Source: Vulcanimicrobiota bacterium
Lineage (GTDB): Bacteria; Vulcanimicrobiota; Vulcanimicrobiia; Vulcanimicrobiales; Vulcanimicrobiaceae
Direction of reading: 5' to 3'
Length of the DNA: 64,000 bases
NCBI GenBank assembly: GCA_963714015.1
Contig: OY970223.1
Location: 2,144,001-2,208,000 of the forward strand
This document shows positions 1 through 9,981 of the stretch, piece by piece (the first letter of the stretch is position 1; the number at the start of each line of letters is the position of its first letter). The notes below the pieces were generated by a model. That model did not search any database. It saw only the letters and a program-made list of their open reading frames with translations, and was not told where the DNA came from. Made by a program: the position numbers and the translations under genes.

Positions 1-836
1 TCTTTGTGATCGAAGAGGTGACCGGACTCGGCCGAGATCATCGTTATTGCACCGAAGACTTCGCCTTTGAACGCGAGAGGGACGATCATTGCGGAATGCA
101 TCGCGAGCTGGTGGAGCAGCTTCAGATGCTCTTCGTCCTGTGCCGACTCAGTGAGCTGTTCCGGAGTAATGCGCGAGAAGAGCATTGGAATGTTCAAACC
201 GAGGACTTGAGCGAGCGGCCCTCCGCGGCTCGGCGGATACTTATCCCGGAAACGTTCGAGATAATGAACGAGATCGGCGTTCTTGTGGGCGATCGCGCGC
301 GTGGCGTAGGAGCCGTCTGGCTCGACGATCGTGACGAAACACCAATCGGCGAAGTCGTGGACGGCGATCGCGGCAACCTCGCGGCAAATCGACTCCTCGT
401 CGAGCGAGGCAGAGAGCAGCGAACCGGCTTCCACGACGAATTCCAAACTCTCGCGTGCCCGGCGCTGGTCGTCGATGTCGGTCGCGGTACCGATCCAGTG
501 TGAGATGCCGCCCTCTTCGTCACGGACGGGGACGGCGCGCGCCAAAAACCAGCGGTAGCTCCCGTCCTGACCGCGACGCAGACGATATTCGATCTCGTAC
601 GGATTGCCGGTGCGGAGGGCTTCGTTCCACCGCTCGTTCATGAGCGGCACGTCGTCGGGATGTACGATGCGAACGACGCCCTGCGCCAAGGGCAAATCCT
701 GGACCGAGATGCCCGTGTAGTCGATCCACCCTTGATTGAAATAGTCGATGGTGCCGTCGACGCCGGCGGTCCACACCAGCTGCGGCATTGCCTCAGCGAT
801 CTTTCGGAAGTCGTTCTCGGTCGCGCTAGGTTGCAA
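1..836 (-). CDS. PAS/PAC + GAF sensor protein (runs off the left edge; output domain not visible)
   Basis: Manual translation from a TTG after GGAGG gives MQPSATENDFRKIAEAMPQLVWTAGVDGTIDYFNQGW...VHPDD...YEIEYRLRRGQDGSYRWFLARA (PAS_3/PAC), then ADWCFV...HSAMIVPL...GAITM (GAF). Absent from the ORF track because there is no stop in the window. Confidence 0.85.
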   Translation of the reverse strand, partial: MQPSATENDFRKIAEAMPQLVWTAGVDGTIDYFNQGWIDYTGISVQDLPLAQGVVRIVHPDDVPLMNERWNEALRTGNPYEIEYRLRRGQDGSYRWFLARAVPVRDEEGGISHWIGTATDIDDQRRARESLEFVVEAGSLLSASLDEESICREVAAIAVHDFADWCFVTIVEPDGSYATRAIAHKNADLVHYLERFRDKYPPSRGGPLAQVLGLNIPMLFSRITPEQLTESAQDEEHLKLLHQLAMHSAMIVPLAFKGEVFGAITMISAESGHLFDHK

Positions 837-902
837 AAAGAAACCTCCGCCGGCGGTATTCGGGCCGGGCCTCAAGAGTACCCAGGGCAGGTGAGCGCGC
901 TG

Positions 903-1595
903 CTATTCGCCGCGCGCTGCCTTGGCCTCGCCTTCGTCGGGCGCACCCAGCAGAAGCCACGCAGCGCCGGCTGCAAGGACGGCACCGATGCACGGCCCTG
1001 CGAGGTAAATCCATACCAGATGATATGCACCGCCCAGGATCTGGGGCGCAATGGAACGCGCGGGATTCATCGATGCGCCGCTGATGTGCCCGGCAAAAAA
1101 GCCGCATGCAGCAACGCTTAAGCCCACGGCTAGCGCCGCTTGCTTTCCGACGACCGCTTCTTGTTCGGCACAGCCCAGGATCACCAGCATCACCAAAAAC
1201 GTCAGAATGATCTCGGTGAGGAACGCTTGGACATCGGTGTACTTTGCGCTGGGATGGCTCGCGCCCAATACCATCAAATGACCCCACAACGCCAGTGCCA
1301 GTCCCGCCGCGGCGAATGCACCCGCGAACTGCGCGATCCAGTAATACAGCAGCTGCCGCATCGACATGACGCGCCGCGCAAAGAAGCCGAGACTGACGGC
1401 CGGATCGATATGCGCGCCGGAGACTCCCGAGAGCGCGTAAATGACCGCGATAGTGATAAATCCGCGGGCGAGCCACCGCGAGACGTCTTCCATATGGCCG
1501 TCGGTGTAGTAGATGACGTCGACCGAGGTCGGCACGAGTGTCGCAAAAAACGTGCCGACGAACTCGGCTCCGATTTTGCGCAGCGGATCCGTCAT
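903..1595 (-). CDS. MIP/aquaporin family channel
   Basis: AEFVGTF, SGAHIDPAV, GASMNPARS motifs and about six hydrophobic helices. Confidence 0.93.
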   Translation of the reverse strand: MTDPLRKIGAEFVGTFFATLVPTSVDVIYYTDGHMEDVSRWLARGFITIAVIYALSGVSGAHIDPAVSLGFFARRVMSMRQLLYYWIAQFAGAFAAAGLALALWGHLMVLGASHPSAKYTDVQAFLTEIILTFLVMLVILGCAEQEAVVGKQAALAVGLSVAACGFFAGHISGASMNPARSIAPQILGGAYHLVWIYLAGPCIGAVLAAGAAWLLLGAPDEGEAKAARGE

Positions 1596-2098
1596 GGAAC
1601 GGCGGGAAGCCGAAGTTCTCCGGCGCGCACGCGACGATAGAATCCTTGAAGAAAGCGCGCCTGCTTTGCGTGTTCTTGCTCGGGATCGAACCCGAATGGA
1701 CGCTCTTCGGCCACGGCTTCTTCTAGTTCGCGCCCTTGCGCCATGCGATAGATGATTGCGAACGTGGAAGTTCGGCCGTTTCCGCCCTTACAATGGAAGA
1801 AGATCGGTCGCTCCGGCAGATTGTACGCGCACAAGTCCAGCCATTGGAGACACTGCTCGACGCTGGGGGGATAGTCGTTCAGAACTGGAATGCGCACCGG
1901 CTTGAGCTCGGGAGCGACGCGATCGACGAACGAACTTTCGTCGCGATGGCGCAGGTTCACGATAATTTTGAAGCCGTTTTGGCCGAGCCACTCGTAACCT
2001 TCGCGCACCGGCTGACCGCCGCGCGCCAAAAACGGTTCGACGAGGCCGAAGGCCGGAATTGCATGGGAATCCGGCTGGGTGCTTTCGCTCTGCAACAT
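1592..2098 (-). CDS. Dual-specificity/protein-tyrosine phosphatase family protein
   Basis: CX5R P-loop HCKGGNGRT and IIVNLR motif. ATG at 2098 follows AGGAGA; 4-bp overlap with the aquaporin start. Confidence 0.85.
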   Translation of the reverse strand: MLQSESTQPDSHAIPAFGLVEPFLARGGQPVREGYEWLGQNGFKIIVNLRHRDESSFVDRVAPELKPVRIPVLNDYPPSVEQCLQWLDLCAYNLPERPIFFHCKGGNGRTSTFAIIYRMAQGRELEEAVAEERPFGFDPEQEHAKQARFLQGFYRRVRAGELRLPAVP

Positions 2099-2204
2099 TT
2101 CTCCTAACGACACAACTACCCGTCCGCTTAGGGCCTTAATCGCCCGTAGTCCGAGGCTGCCTCCGGGGGCGTAACGAGCCGGTCCGGCGAACCGTTGAAG
2201 GAAG

Positions 2205-2447
2205 ATGCGGACGCTTTTGAGCTTTCTCGGCTTGCTTGTGGTGTGCTATTTGGCGCTGACTGCGTATGCCGGCTTTCGCGTGGCCCGCGGTATCGACGAC
2301 GCCAAGGCTCAAAGCGTCGTGACGCGCGTCGGCGCTCGCATGATGGGCCGCGACGCCGTGGAACGAGTGGCGATTAGGAAGGGCAACGTGCCGCCCTGGA
2401 TTACGAAGTCGCCGGCGTTTTGGCTGACCCTGCGCGCGATGGAGTAA
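2205..2447 (+). CDS. Small membrane-anchored hypothetical protein
   Basis: ATG after AAGGA, one N-terminal hydrophobic helix, ends 4 bp before the next gene. Confidence 0.55.
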   Translation: MRTLLSFLGLLVVCYLALTAYAGFRVARGIDDAKAQSVVTRVGARMMGRDAVERVAIRKGNVPPWITKSPAFWLTLRAME

Positions 2448-2451
2448 CGCC

Positions 2452-3261
2452 GTGTCGATGTGGGAACCTTTTACCGAACAGGCGAAGCGCACGATCGTGC
2501 TGGCGCAAGAAGCGGCGCAACATTTGGGTACGGCATGGATTGGCACCGAGCATCTGTTGCTCGGCATTCTTTCACGCAACGAGAGCGGCGCCGAGTTGTT
2601 GCGAGATGCCGGCGTAACGTACGATTCTGCATTCCAGCACTATCGCGCAATTTTTGGCGAGCCTGGCACGAAACGCTCCGGCGAGATGGTCTTTTCTGCG
2701 GGCGCGAAACGAGCGATCGAGCTCGCGTTCACACAGGCCCGTGAATTAAACCATCGTTTTATCGGCGAGGAGCATCTGCTGCTCGCGATATTGCGCGAAG
2801 GCGACCCTTCGGACGCGGTGATCGCGCCGTTGACCGCGCGCTACGACGAAGTTCGCGCCCGGGTGATTGAAAAGATTCCTCCGGGAAAGCCGGCCGAAGA
2901 GGCGATCTTCCAGGCGATCGATCACGTGCAACTGGCGATGCCGCCGGGGCAGGAAGGCCGCGCGCGTGAATTCTACGCGGGCATTTTGGGAATGCAGGAG
3001 CGCCCGAAGCCCGAGGATCTTGCTAAACGCGGCGGCGTTTGGTTTGAAAGCGGTTCAGTGCACCTCCACTTAGGCGCAGACCCGGATTTTCGCGCGGGCG
3101 CCAAAGCGCACGTGGCGTTGCACTGCCGGGATTACGACGCACTGGTGAACAAACTCGCGAATTGCGGCGTAACGGTGAAACGCGCCTCGCCGCTTCCCGG
3201 GGACCGCGCTCACTCGTACGTGCACGATCCGTTCGGCAACCGCATCGAACTGTTGAAATAA
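2452..3261 (+). CDS. Clp N-terminal (Clp_N) domain fused to a VOC/glyoxalase domain
   Basis: MWEPFTEQAKRTIVLAQEAA, IGTEHLLLG and IGEEHLLLA (Clp_N repeats), then IDHVQLAMP...FY...LG and DPFGNRIEL (VOC). Confidence 0.85.
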   Translation: MSMWEPFTEQAKRTIVLAQEAAQHLGTAWIGTEHLLLGILSRNESGAELLRDAGVTYDSAFQHYRAIFGEPGTKRSGEMVFSAGAKRAIELAFTQARELNHRFIGEEHLLLAILREGDPSDAVIAPLTARYDEVRARVIEKIPPGKPAEEAIFQAIDHVQLAMPPGQEGRAREFYAGILGMQERPKPEDLAKRGGVWFESGSVHLHLGADPDFRAGAKAHVALHCRDYDALVNKLANCGVTVKRASPLPGDRAHSYVHDPFGNRIELLK

Positions 3262-3272
3262 AGGAGAAAAGT

Positions 3273-3947
3273 ATGTTTGCAACTTGGCCTCGCGCCGCTT
3301 TTGCGGCGTTCCTTTGTACCGTGTCGCTGATTTGGCCGCTGGCCTCCGCCGCGGCGGTTTCGGACAAACCGGCCGGGGCGGAAATCGCTTTCGTGCATTC
3401 CGTTCAAACGACGATCAGCGGACTCTATCCCACACCGGCGGCTGCCGAGAAGGCCGGGTACTTTCGCTACACCAACGTCGACGACACAGGCGCAATCAGC
3501 TACGTAAATCCGGCGTACTGGAAGAGCGATCTGCAGCATCCCAGTCAGCTCTGGTACGGCGTGAAGGGCGAACTGTTAGGCGTGGATTACACGCAGCCGT
3601 ATTCAAGCACTGCGCCTTCGCTCTGGGGCGTTAATCCGGCCCGCTGGACGAAGTTCGGCGCGCACGTGCACTGGGTCCAAACGATGCCGGACGGCAGCAT
3701 GACGTACGGACACGCGACGTCGGTAGCGAAGTACAAGGCGGCCGGCGGAAACGTGAACGATCCGTCCGCGGCGCCGCTGGTGAAGATGGGGAAAGTCTCG
3801 AGCGCAAGCAGCGTTTCGCACGTGTTCGCGTTTCCGGACCTTTGGGACTTGGAATTGTGGGTGAAGAACAACCCCAAAGGAGCCTTTGCGGACTCCAACC
3901 CGCTGGTACCCGTCCCGAAGAAAACCGGAAAAGACACGAGCATGTAG
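3273..3947 (+). CDS. Secreted hypothetical protein
   Basis: ATG after AAGGAG; signal peptide ending in an Ala-rich cleavage region. Confidence 0.75.
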   Translation: MFATWPRAAFAAFLCTVSLIWPLASAAAVSDKPAGAEIAFVHSVQTTISGLYPTPAAAEKAGYFRYTNVDDTGAISYVNPAYWKSDLQHPSQLWYGVKGELLGVDYTQPYSSTAPSLWGVNPARWTKFGAHVHWVQTMPDGSMTYGHATSVAKYKAAGGNVNDPSAAPLVKMGKVSSASSVSHVFAFPDLWDLELWVKNNPKGAFADSNPLVPVPKKTGKDTSM

Positions 3948-3956
3948 CGCCGCCCT

Positions 3957-6900
3957 TTAGAGCGGCAACGCGAGCAGCGAATCCTGCGAAGGCGAACGTG
4001 CCTTCTCGATATAGCTGCAGAGAATGTTGACCGTCGCTATTTGGTCGATCGAGCGGCAGCGCACGTCCGGCAATGCCGCTCCGGCCAAGACGATGCTCAT
4101 CGCCCGCGCACGGGATATCGCGACGTTGAACCGATTCTTTTCGAACAGGAATCCAACGTCACGCGGCAGGTCGTTGCCGCTGGACGTAGCCATGGAGTAG
4201 AAGACAACACAAGCTTCTTGCCCCTGAAATTTGTCGACCGTCCCTACGCGAACGTCGACGCCCTCGTCGCGCAAGAGTTTGGCGATCAAGCGCCGTTGAG
4301 CGTTGTACGGCGTGACGACGATGACGTCCGCAGGCGTCAACGCGCGGCGCTGCCCTTTGGCGTCGGTTAACGTGCCCTGCAGCAGAAGACGAATCTCGGC
4401 AACAATCCGTTCCGCTTCCTCGCGGGACTCGCGGCTGTTGCCCTCGTGATCGATCGCGATGAATTGCATGCCGGAGCCCGAGAGGCCCGGGCTATCGACG
4501 CGTTGCAGCCCGTTATCTTTGCCCGCGTGCAGACGCCCCTCGTACATGGACTGCGATATGAACTTGCAGATCTCGGGATGCATGCGGTGCGAGATCTCGA
4601 GGAAGATGCCGCGATCGGGAGCCACCGTTTGCCGATCGCCAAGAAGATGTTCGAGGATCGAGACGCCGGCGCCGATTGGATGCGTCCCCTGGGAGACTTG
4701 CGCTAACTGCAGCGGGTCACCCAGAAGAACGATGTTACGTGCGGCAAGCGAAACCGCGAGTGCGTCGGCGAGCGAGACTTGCCCGGCTTCGTCGATGAAG
4801 AGGTAGTCGAATTTTCCGGCGACCGCATGGCGCGTGAAAAGCCACGCGGTTCCGGCGGCCAAACGGCAGTCGCCGGACTCGAACGGTTCGTTCGAGTTGA
4901 TCGAAGTTATGAGCGGTTGCACAAGCTCGGAGAGATACCGGGAGTCCTCGTCGCTATGCTTATAGAGACCGGCGAAGGTCACGCCGCGTTTGTGCGCGCA
5001 CTCTTCGACCTTGCGTAGCAAATTGTGAATAGCTTTGTGGCTGTTGCTGAGCACGCCGACGCGGTTGCCGGCGGCGAGCAGATCGCAAATCACTTGCGAG
5101 CCGATCGTGCTTTTGCCCGAACCCGGCGGACCCTGAATGAACAAGTAGCTGTCGTTCAGTGATTGCGCAACTTCGCTGACGGCTTGCGCGGTCAACTCCG
5201 CCGGCTGGACGAGACCGCCGAAATCCGGCCGAAGGCGCGGATTACGCGCGAGCAGCAGGTCAAGCGTCGCATTCGGAAGCGCGCCGTTCCCGTATGCTTC
5301 GGCAATTCGCACGAGCGAAGCTTTCTGCTCGTCGGTGCGTATGGGACCGGGCGGAATAAGCGCGGTGGTCTTCGCGGCCTCCTCGAGTGAACCGGATCGC
5401 TTGAGCCGCAGGAGCCGCCGGTCCTCGTCAATGGCGACGATGGTACCGGCGCCTTCGCGCGTCGCCGGATCGGTGACGTTGTCGCGGGCTCCGACTTTAT
5501 ACGCCTGATCGGGAAAGCTGTACGTATAGACGAGATTGCGATCTTTTGCGCCGGCTTTGTAGGGCGCGAATTCGAGCTCGAGCTTGAGGCCTCCGATCGC
5601 CTCGCGGTCGAATTCCACGAGATGATCGAGATTTTCACAACGATCGAAGAATGCCCACCACGCCGGCTTTTCTTCGCGGCGGTGATATGCAATAAGGTTT
5701 GCCAGAAGATATCGCGCCCGCCGGTCGTCGCTCATCAGCGCATACTCGCTTGCGGATTGCGGTGCCGTAACGCCATCCAGCAATTTCCGCTGCAGATCGC
5801 TGGTCTGCCGTTCTTCGCGGCGGATCTTCTCGCGATCGGAGCACTTTTTGCAGCCGGGCGTGGAATTCTCGTGACAAACGAGTTTCGGTTCGTGAAAGGG
5901 GATACTGACGCCTGATTTCGCTTGCGCCTCTTCGCGGCGTTCGAGCAGCCAGTCGCGCAAAAGAAGTGTGGAGCGGCAGTCGTCTTCGTTATAGCGTTCG
6001 ATGTCGTGAAGAATCTCGACGCGCGTCCGATCGACGAGCCACTGTTCGAACATGACGATCGAGTCGTCGCCTTTCTTGACTTCGGTCAACCGCTTGAAGG
6101 CGTAGAACTTTTCCAACCGCTTGATGCTGTAGCTGGATTCGGAGATGACGACGGACTGACGCACGACGGCGTAAAGATCGACGAGCACTTCGGCGCGAAG
6201 GAGCTCGTCGACTTCCGTTTCACGCGTGCAGTGAGCCTGTGCCAAACGCCGAAGGGCCGACTTCTCGTAATCGGCGTAGTGATACACGTGCATCTGCGGA
6301 TAACGCAGCCGGCGGTCGACGATAAAGTCGATGAACTGCTCGAAAGCGCGTTTTTCTTCAGTCCGGGTCAGCGCCCAAAATGCTTTATAGCGCGGTTCGT
6401 CGTCCGGGAGCCAGCATCCGAAGAGATATTCGAGGCCGCGGGCCGGCTCGTAGAGCGGGTCGCCTTCCATGTCGAAGAACACGTCGCCCGCCTGCGGTTT
6501 GGGCATGAGGCCGAAACCGTTAAACGGCTCGTGCTCGATGAGTTCGTGCACCGGACCTTCGCTGCGCCCGCGCACCTGCATTGTCGCTTGACGCCGCAAT
6601 TTCGCAAACGTCACGGGGTTCATGCGCTCGGGACGCTGGTCGTCGCGCGCTGCGGCAAGGTCGACGACCGTTGCGATTCCTTTTGAGCCCAGCCGTTCGA
6701 CCTGATCGCGGCGCATCCACGCGACGAGACTCAGATGATCGTCGCCCTCACGGCGGCTCGAGCATTCGGCGTTCCACTTGCACGTGGGGCAGTGCGCGCA
6801 CTTGTTCGGATAAAGCGAAGGCAGAGAATTTGCGGATTGCGCCGAGGCGATGAAGCGCTGCTTGATGCGGCGGTAGTATGCGGCGAATTCGTTCAACCGA

Positions 6901-7448
6901 TAGCGGCGCTCCTCACCGCTGCCGAGCACAATTGCGCCGTACTCCGGATCGGACTGTTGGATGCGCGCCAGGTGTTCGCTGTAATTACACAGCTGAATGA
7001 TGAAGTAGGGCTTGGGGTTGACGGCGAGCTTCGTGTCGATGACTTCGTAACTCCACTGCCAGCGGCCGCTGGGAACATCGACTCTGCGCAGAAAATCCGG
7101 GTGTCCCAGGAATTGGCCATCGAAGAACGTGCCTTGAAAGATAAGGCGGTCGCCGCGCTCCATCGCTTCGATCGTGCGCTCCTGCGCGTCACGAAAGCCG
7201 GCCAGGGAACGATCGGGCCGTTCGAAGATGGTGAGTCCCCCCGGCGTTTCGGCGCGGAGCCTTTCAACATGACGATGCTCGTGCTCCTCGCCTTTGCGAG
7301 CGATCAGCTCCGCCGTCGGATCGTCGCGTTCGGGCTTTGACTTCAGGCCGCGCGCGACGAGTTCGTCCAAGTGCGTCAGGTACTCGCACTCGAGGAAATT
7401 GTTCAGGTCGGACGCCGCAAAGACGAAATGCCCCTCAACGATCTGCAT
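3957..7448 (-). CDS. TM0106-family RecB/Cas4-like nuclease + RNase H-like domain + SF1 (DNA2/NAM7-like) helicase
   Basis: GHPDFL..EVIDTK..QL..Y (PD-(D/E)xK), CAHCPTCKWNAEC cluster, FFDMEGD...VDLY...YNEDDC (DEDD), GPPGSGKST, DEAGQ, LGDPLQL, TVDKFQGQE, RFNVAISRAR. Confidence 0.92.
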   Translation of the reverse strand: MQIVEGHFVFAASDLNNFLECEYLTHLDELVARGLKSKPERDDPTAELIARKGEEHEHRHVERLRAETPGGLTIFERPDRSLAGFRDAQERTIEAMERGDRLIFQGTFFDGQFLGHPDFLRRVDVPSGRWQWSYEVIDTKLAVNPKPYFIIQLCNYSEHLARIQQSDPEYGAIVLGSGEERRYRLNEFAAYYRRIKQRFIASAQSANSLPSLYPNKCAHCPTCKWNAECSSRREGDDHLSLVAWMRRDQVERLGSKGIATVVDLAAARDDQRPERMNPVTFAKLRRQATMQVRGRSEGPVHELIEHEPFNGFGLMPKPQAGDVFFDMEGDPLYEPARGLEYLFGCWLPDDEPRYKAFWALTRTEEKRAFEQFIDFIVDRRLRYPQMHVYHYADYEKSALRRLAQAHCTRETEVDELLRAEVLVDLYAVVRQSVVISESSYSIKRLEKFYAFKRLTEVKKGDDSIVMFEQWLVDRTRVEILHDIERYNEDDCRSTLLLRDWLLERREEAQAKSGVSIPFHEPKLVCHENSTPGCKKCSDREKIRREERQTSDLQRKLLDGVTAPQSASEYALMSDDRRARYLLANLIAYHRREEKPAWWAFFDRCENLDHLVEFDREAIGGLKLELEFAPYKAGAKDRNLVYTYSFPDQAYKVGARDNVTDPATREGAGTIVAIDEDRRLLRLKRSGSLEEAAKTTALIPPGPIRTDEQKASLVRIAEAYGNGALPNATLDLLLARNPRLRPDFGGLVQPAELTAQAVSEVAQSLNDSYLFIQGPPGSGKSTIGSQVICDLLAAGNRVGVLSNSHKAIHNLLRKVEECAHKRGVTFAGLYKHSDEDSRYLSELVQPLITSINSNEPFESGDCRLAAGTAWLFTRHAVAGKFDYLFIDEAGQVSLADALAVSLAARNIVLLGDPLQLAQVSQGTHPIGAGVSILEHLLGDRQTVAPDRGIFLEISHRMHPEICKFISQSMYEGRLHAGKDNGLQRVDSPGLSGSGMQFIAIDHEGNSRESREEAERIVAEIRLLLQGTLTDAKGQRRALTPADVIVVTPYNAQRRLIAKLLRDEGVDVRVGTVDKFQGQEACVVFYSMATSSGNDLPRDVGFLFEKNRFNVAISRARAMSIVLAGAALPDVRCRSIDQIATVNILCSYIEKARSPSQDSLLALPL

Positions 7449-7812
7449 GGTGTTCTGCTCTCATACGCCAATTGGAACATACAGTCATGCCAGGGGTATG
7501 GCATTCCGGTCTACGTTTATAGTGGTGGAGCTGGAAAAATCAATCGGAGGGCCAGAATGCCTCGCATTCACCATCCCGCGGAATTCCCCTGATGAATTCG
7601 CAAACCCGCTGCGAATGATCCGCGCGCCACGTGTAGTAGATGTTACGGACCCAGTTCGACGAGTCACGACTTCAACCAATCCGCGGCATAAGTCAGGGGC
7701 TACGCGTCAATTAATGGCAACTCGCGCAAAGATAATACGGTAATAAACCGGCTTGCTTCGAGGTGGACACTGAAGTTGCTCGACAAGACAAATTCCGAAA
7801 TGTCATTACCGA

Positions 7813-8175
7813 TCAGCGGCTATGAATCCATTCTTCAAGATTAGCTTTCAGTCGATCGTCCAATCCATACCATAGGACACCTGTTCGAATCTCTTCCGAG
7901 CTGTCATCGAGCCCTTTGTATGGGAATGCCACGTGCCAGAGAAATTCCTCCAAGGGCGACTCTTCATCGAAAACTGTTATCGGCTCTCGTGCAGGATTCA
8001 TCATATGACTCGCCTTGTCGATCGCGTCATGCAGAGCCTCAGCGACTGGTCCCCACGCTACTACGAAGCGCGGTGCCGTCTCGGAAACGCCGCGTGCAAT
8101 GATTTTTATTTCGGTCGGTGTCAATAGCGCTTCCACGACGAGGACTATCGTCGAGCAACCACCTAAGCTGCGCAC
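7813..8175 (-). CDS. Hypothetical protein in a lower-GC segment (start uncertain)
   Basis: 120-aa ORF with globular-looking composition in a visibly AT-richer stretch. Confidence 0.45.
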   Translation of the reverse strand: MRSLGGCSTIVLVVEALLTPTEIKIIARGVSETAPRFVVAWGPVAEALHDAIDKASHMMNPAREPITVFDEESPLEEFLWHVAFPYKGLDDSSEEIRTGVLWYGLDDRLKANLEEWIHSR

Positions 8176-8456
8176 GATAGAAGCAGTGCTTTCGGAGATT
8201 AAGTTGATGCAATTCCATTATCCTTGCTTTTGTCAATGGTATCTGTATCAATTCTCTTAACGCGTGAAGCGTGCCGAGATTGTTTTGAAAGCCCCGGACC
8301 TCTCACTGCATTGACGAAATGAAACCGCCTGATGGTTGTGCATCGGCTATCTTTTTTTGGTTCTCTGCAATTATTTTATGATACGTCGCAATTCAATATG
8401 GCACGGCGGCTTCGCCGGGCTCGCCCGTGCTTTCACAAACTCAGCATAACAATCTG

Positions 8457-9831
8457 CTACTGAACCGTCACCGGGATCTTGGCGGAGTTTCCGTTGCCGC
8501 TCTTGTCGGCGATGACGATGTTGCACTTCCCGGCGGCTGCGGCGGTTACCACGAACTCGTTGCCGTTGGGACCCTGCGTCACCGTGGCGATTGCAGCATT
8601 GGAGCTGGTTGCCGTCCACTTCGTTACGCCGCTCTGCGTCACTGTGAGCGTCTGTTGAGCACCCGGACCCGAAAGGGTGACTGTATCGGGAGTCACCTTG
8701 ATCGGCCGCAGAACGAGCACCCCGATTTCCATTCGGCTCGGGCTTCCCGGGTACACCGCTGTGAACCAGACGTTCGAGTCGGGACCGACGATCGTAACGC
8801 GCGGATTCGAGATGCTGTGAAGCGGCGGCGCGTACGCCGTGAATGCGTTCGTCGTGATGTCGTATTGCACGACGTTGCCGCTATCGGCAGACTCCACCGT
8901 ACCAGAGAGTATGCCCGGCTCCGCTCGTCATGTCGCCGCTTACCTCGCCCGCGTAGGCGTTCGAAGGAGGCGTGAAGGCCGTTGGAATGCCGGCCGGCGT
9001 CACTCGCACGATCTTCGTCCCGCAGTCAACCCAAATATTTCCGTCGTTCGCGGCGGTTAGCGCGTTGTCGAATTGGCAGCCGACCAAGGAGGTGAGATTG
9101 TAAAACGTCATGACGCCGGTCGAGGGGACGATAGTGCCGAGCCAAGCGGGATTTATTCCGGCTCCTCCGAGCGTGAACCACAGATTGTGATCGCTGCCAA
9201 GCGCGATGTCGCCCGGACTGGGCTGATAATTCCCGGGATACGGATATTGCGTCACCACGCCCGCCGGAGTAATCATGCCGATGTGATGGTACTCCGTGAA
9301 CCACACGTTGCCGTCGGAGCCCAAAACGAAGCCGCCCGCGGACACGTCGTTGTTCGCATCGCTCGTTCCGATGTCGTAGAGCGAGGCGTGACCTTGTGTG
9401 TCCATAGCGTCGACAGCGCCGCATCCGCCGCTGCAGTTGCCGTTCGCGCTGTCGAAGCTGCCGAAGTAAAATCGTCTATCGGAACCGATCGCCATTCCGA
9501 AATTGGCGTCGCTCATCGTGCCGAGGGCAGGGAATTCCGTCGCCGTGCCGTTCTGCGTGAGGCGAACGATGCCGTTACCGGAAATATCCTCGAACCATAC
9601 GTTGCCGTTGGGCCCGTCGACCAGCCCGTCGTACGTGTACGGAGTCGTGGCTAGGGTAGATGGTTTGAAGGTGACCCACTTGGAACCGCCGCCTATCTGC
9701 TGCACGAGCGGTACCGCGCCGGGGCCCTGGCGGGTCTGGGCCGGGCCGGAGCCGGGCAGCGAACCTGCGCCGCCGCAAGCACTGACGAGCACCGAAAAGG
9801 CAATAAGGCGGGCTATAAAAGATACGCGCAA
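8457..9831 (-). CDS. Vgb/streptogramin-lyase-like beta-propeller lipoprotein with a C-terminal Ig-like domain (frameshift near 8891)
   Basis: Lipobox VSAC; repeated GPNGNVWF, GSDGNVWFT, GSDHNLWFT and GPDSNVWFT blades spanning ORFs 8881..9831 and 8457..8897. Confidence 0.8.
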
Positions 9832-9981
9832 GTGACCGTCCTCCGATGCTTACGCCTTGTCTATGCCGGCCCCGCACTCCTACGCGAGGGAGTAGGCGTT
9901 TAAGCCCACTCATTTCGAATATACCCCATCGCGCGGTGCGAACGCGACTATCTGAGAAGTTCCAACGCTCTACGGTACCAG

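Noticed and set aside
8401..8430. GCACGG..CCGTGC hairpin resembling a REP element or terminator
   Set aside because: The stem is irregular, there is no second copy in the window, and it has no clear T-tail.
9850..9900. Possible hairpins (ACGCCT..AGGCGT, ACTCC..GGAGT) upstream of the Vgb-like gene
   Set aside because: The stems are short and expected by chance, and match no riboswitch I recognise.
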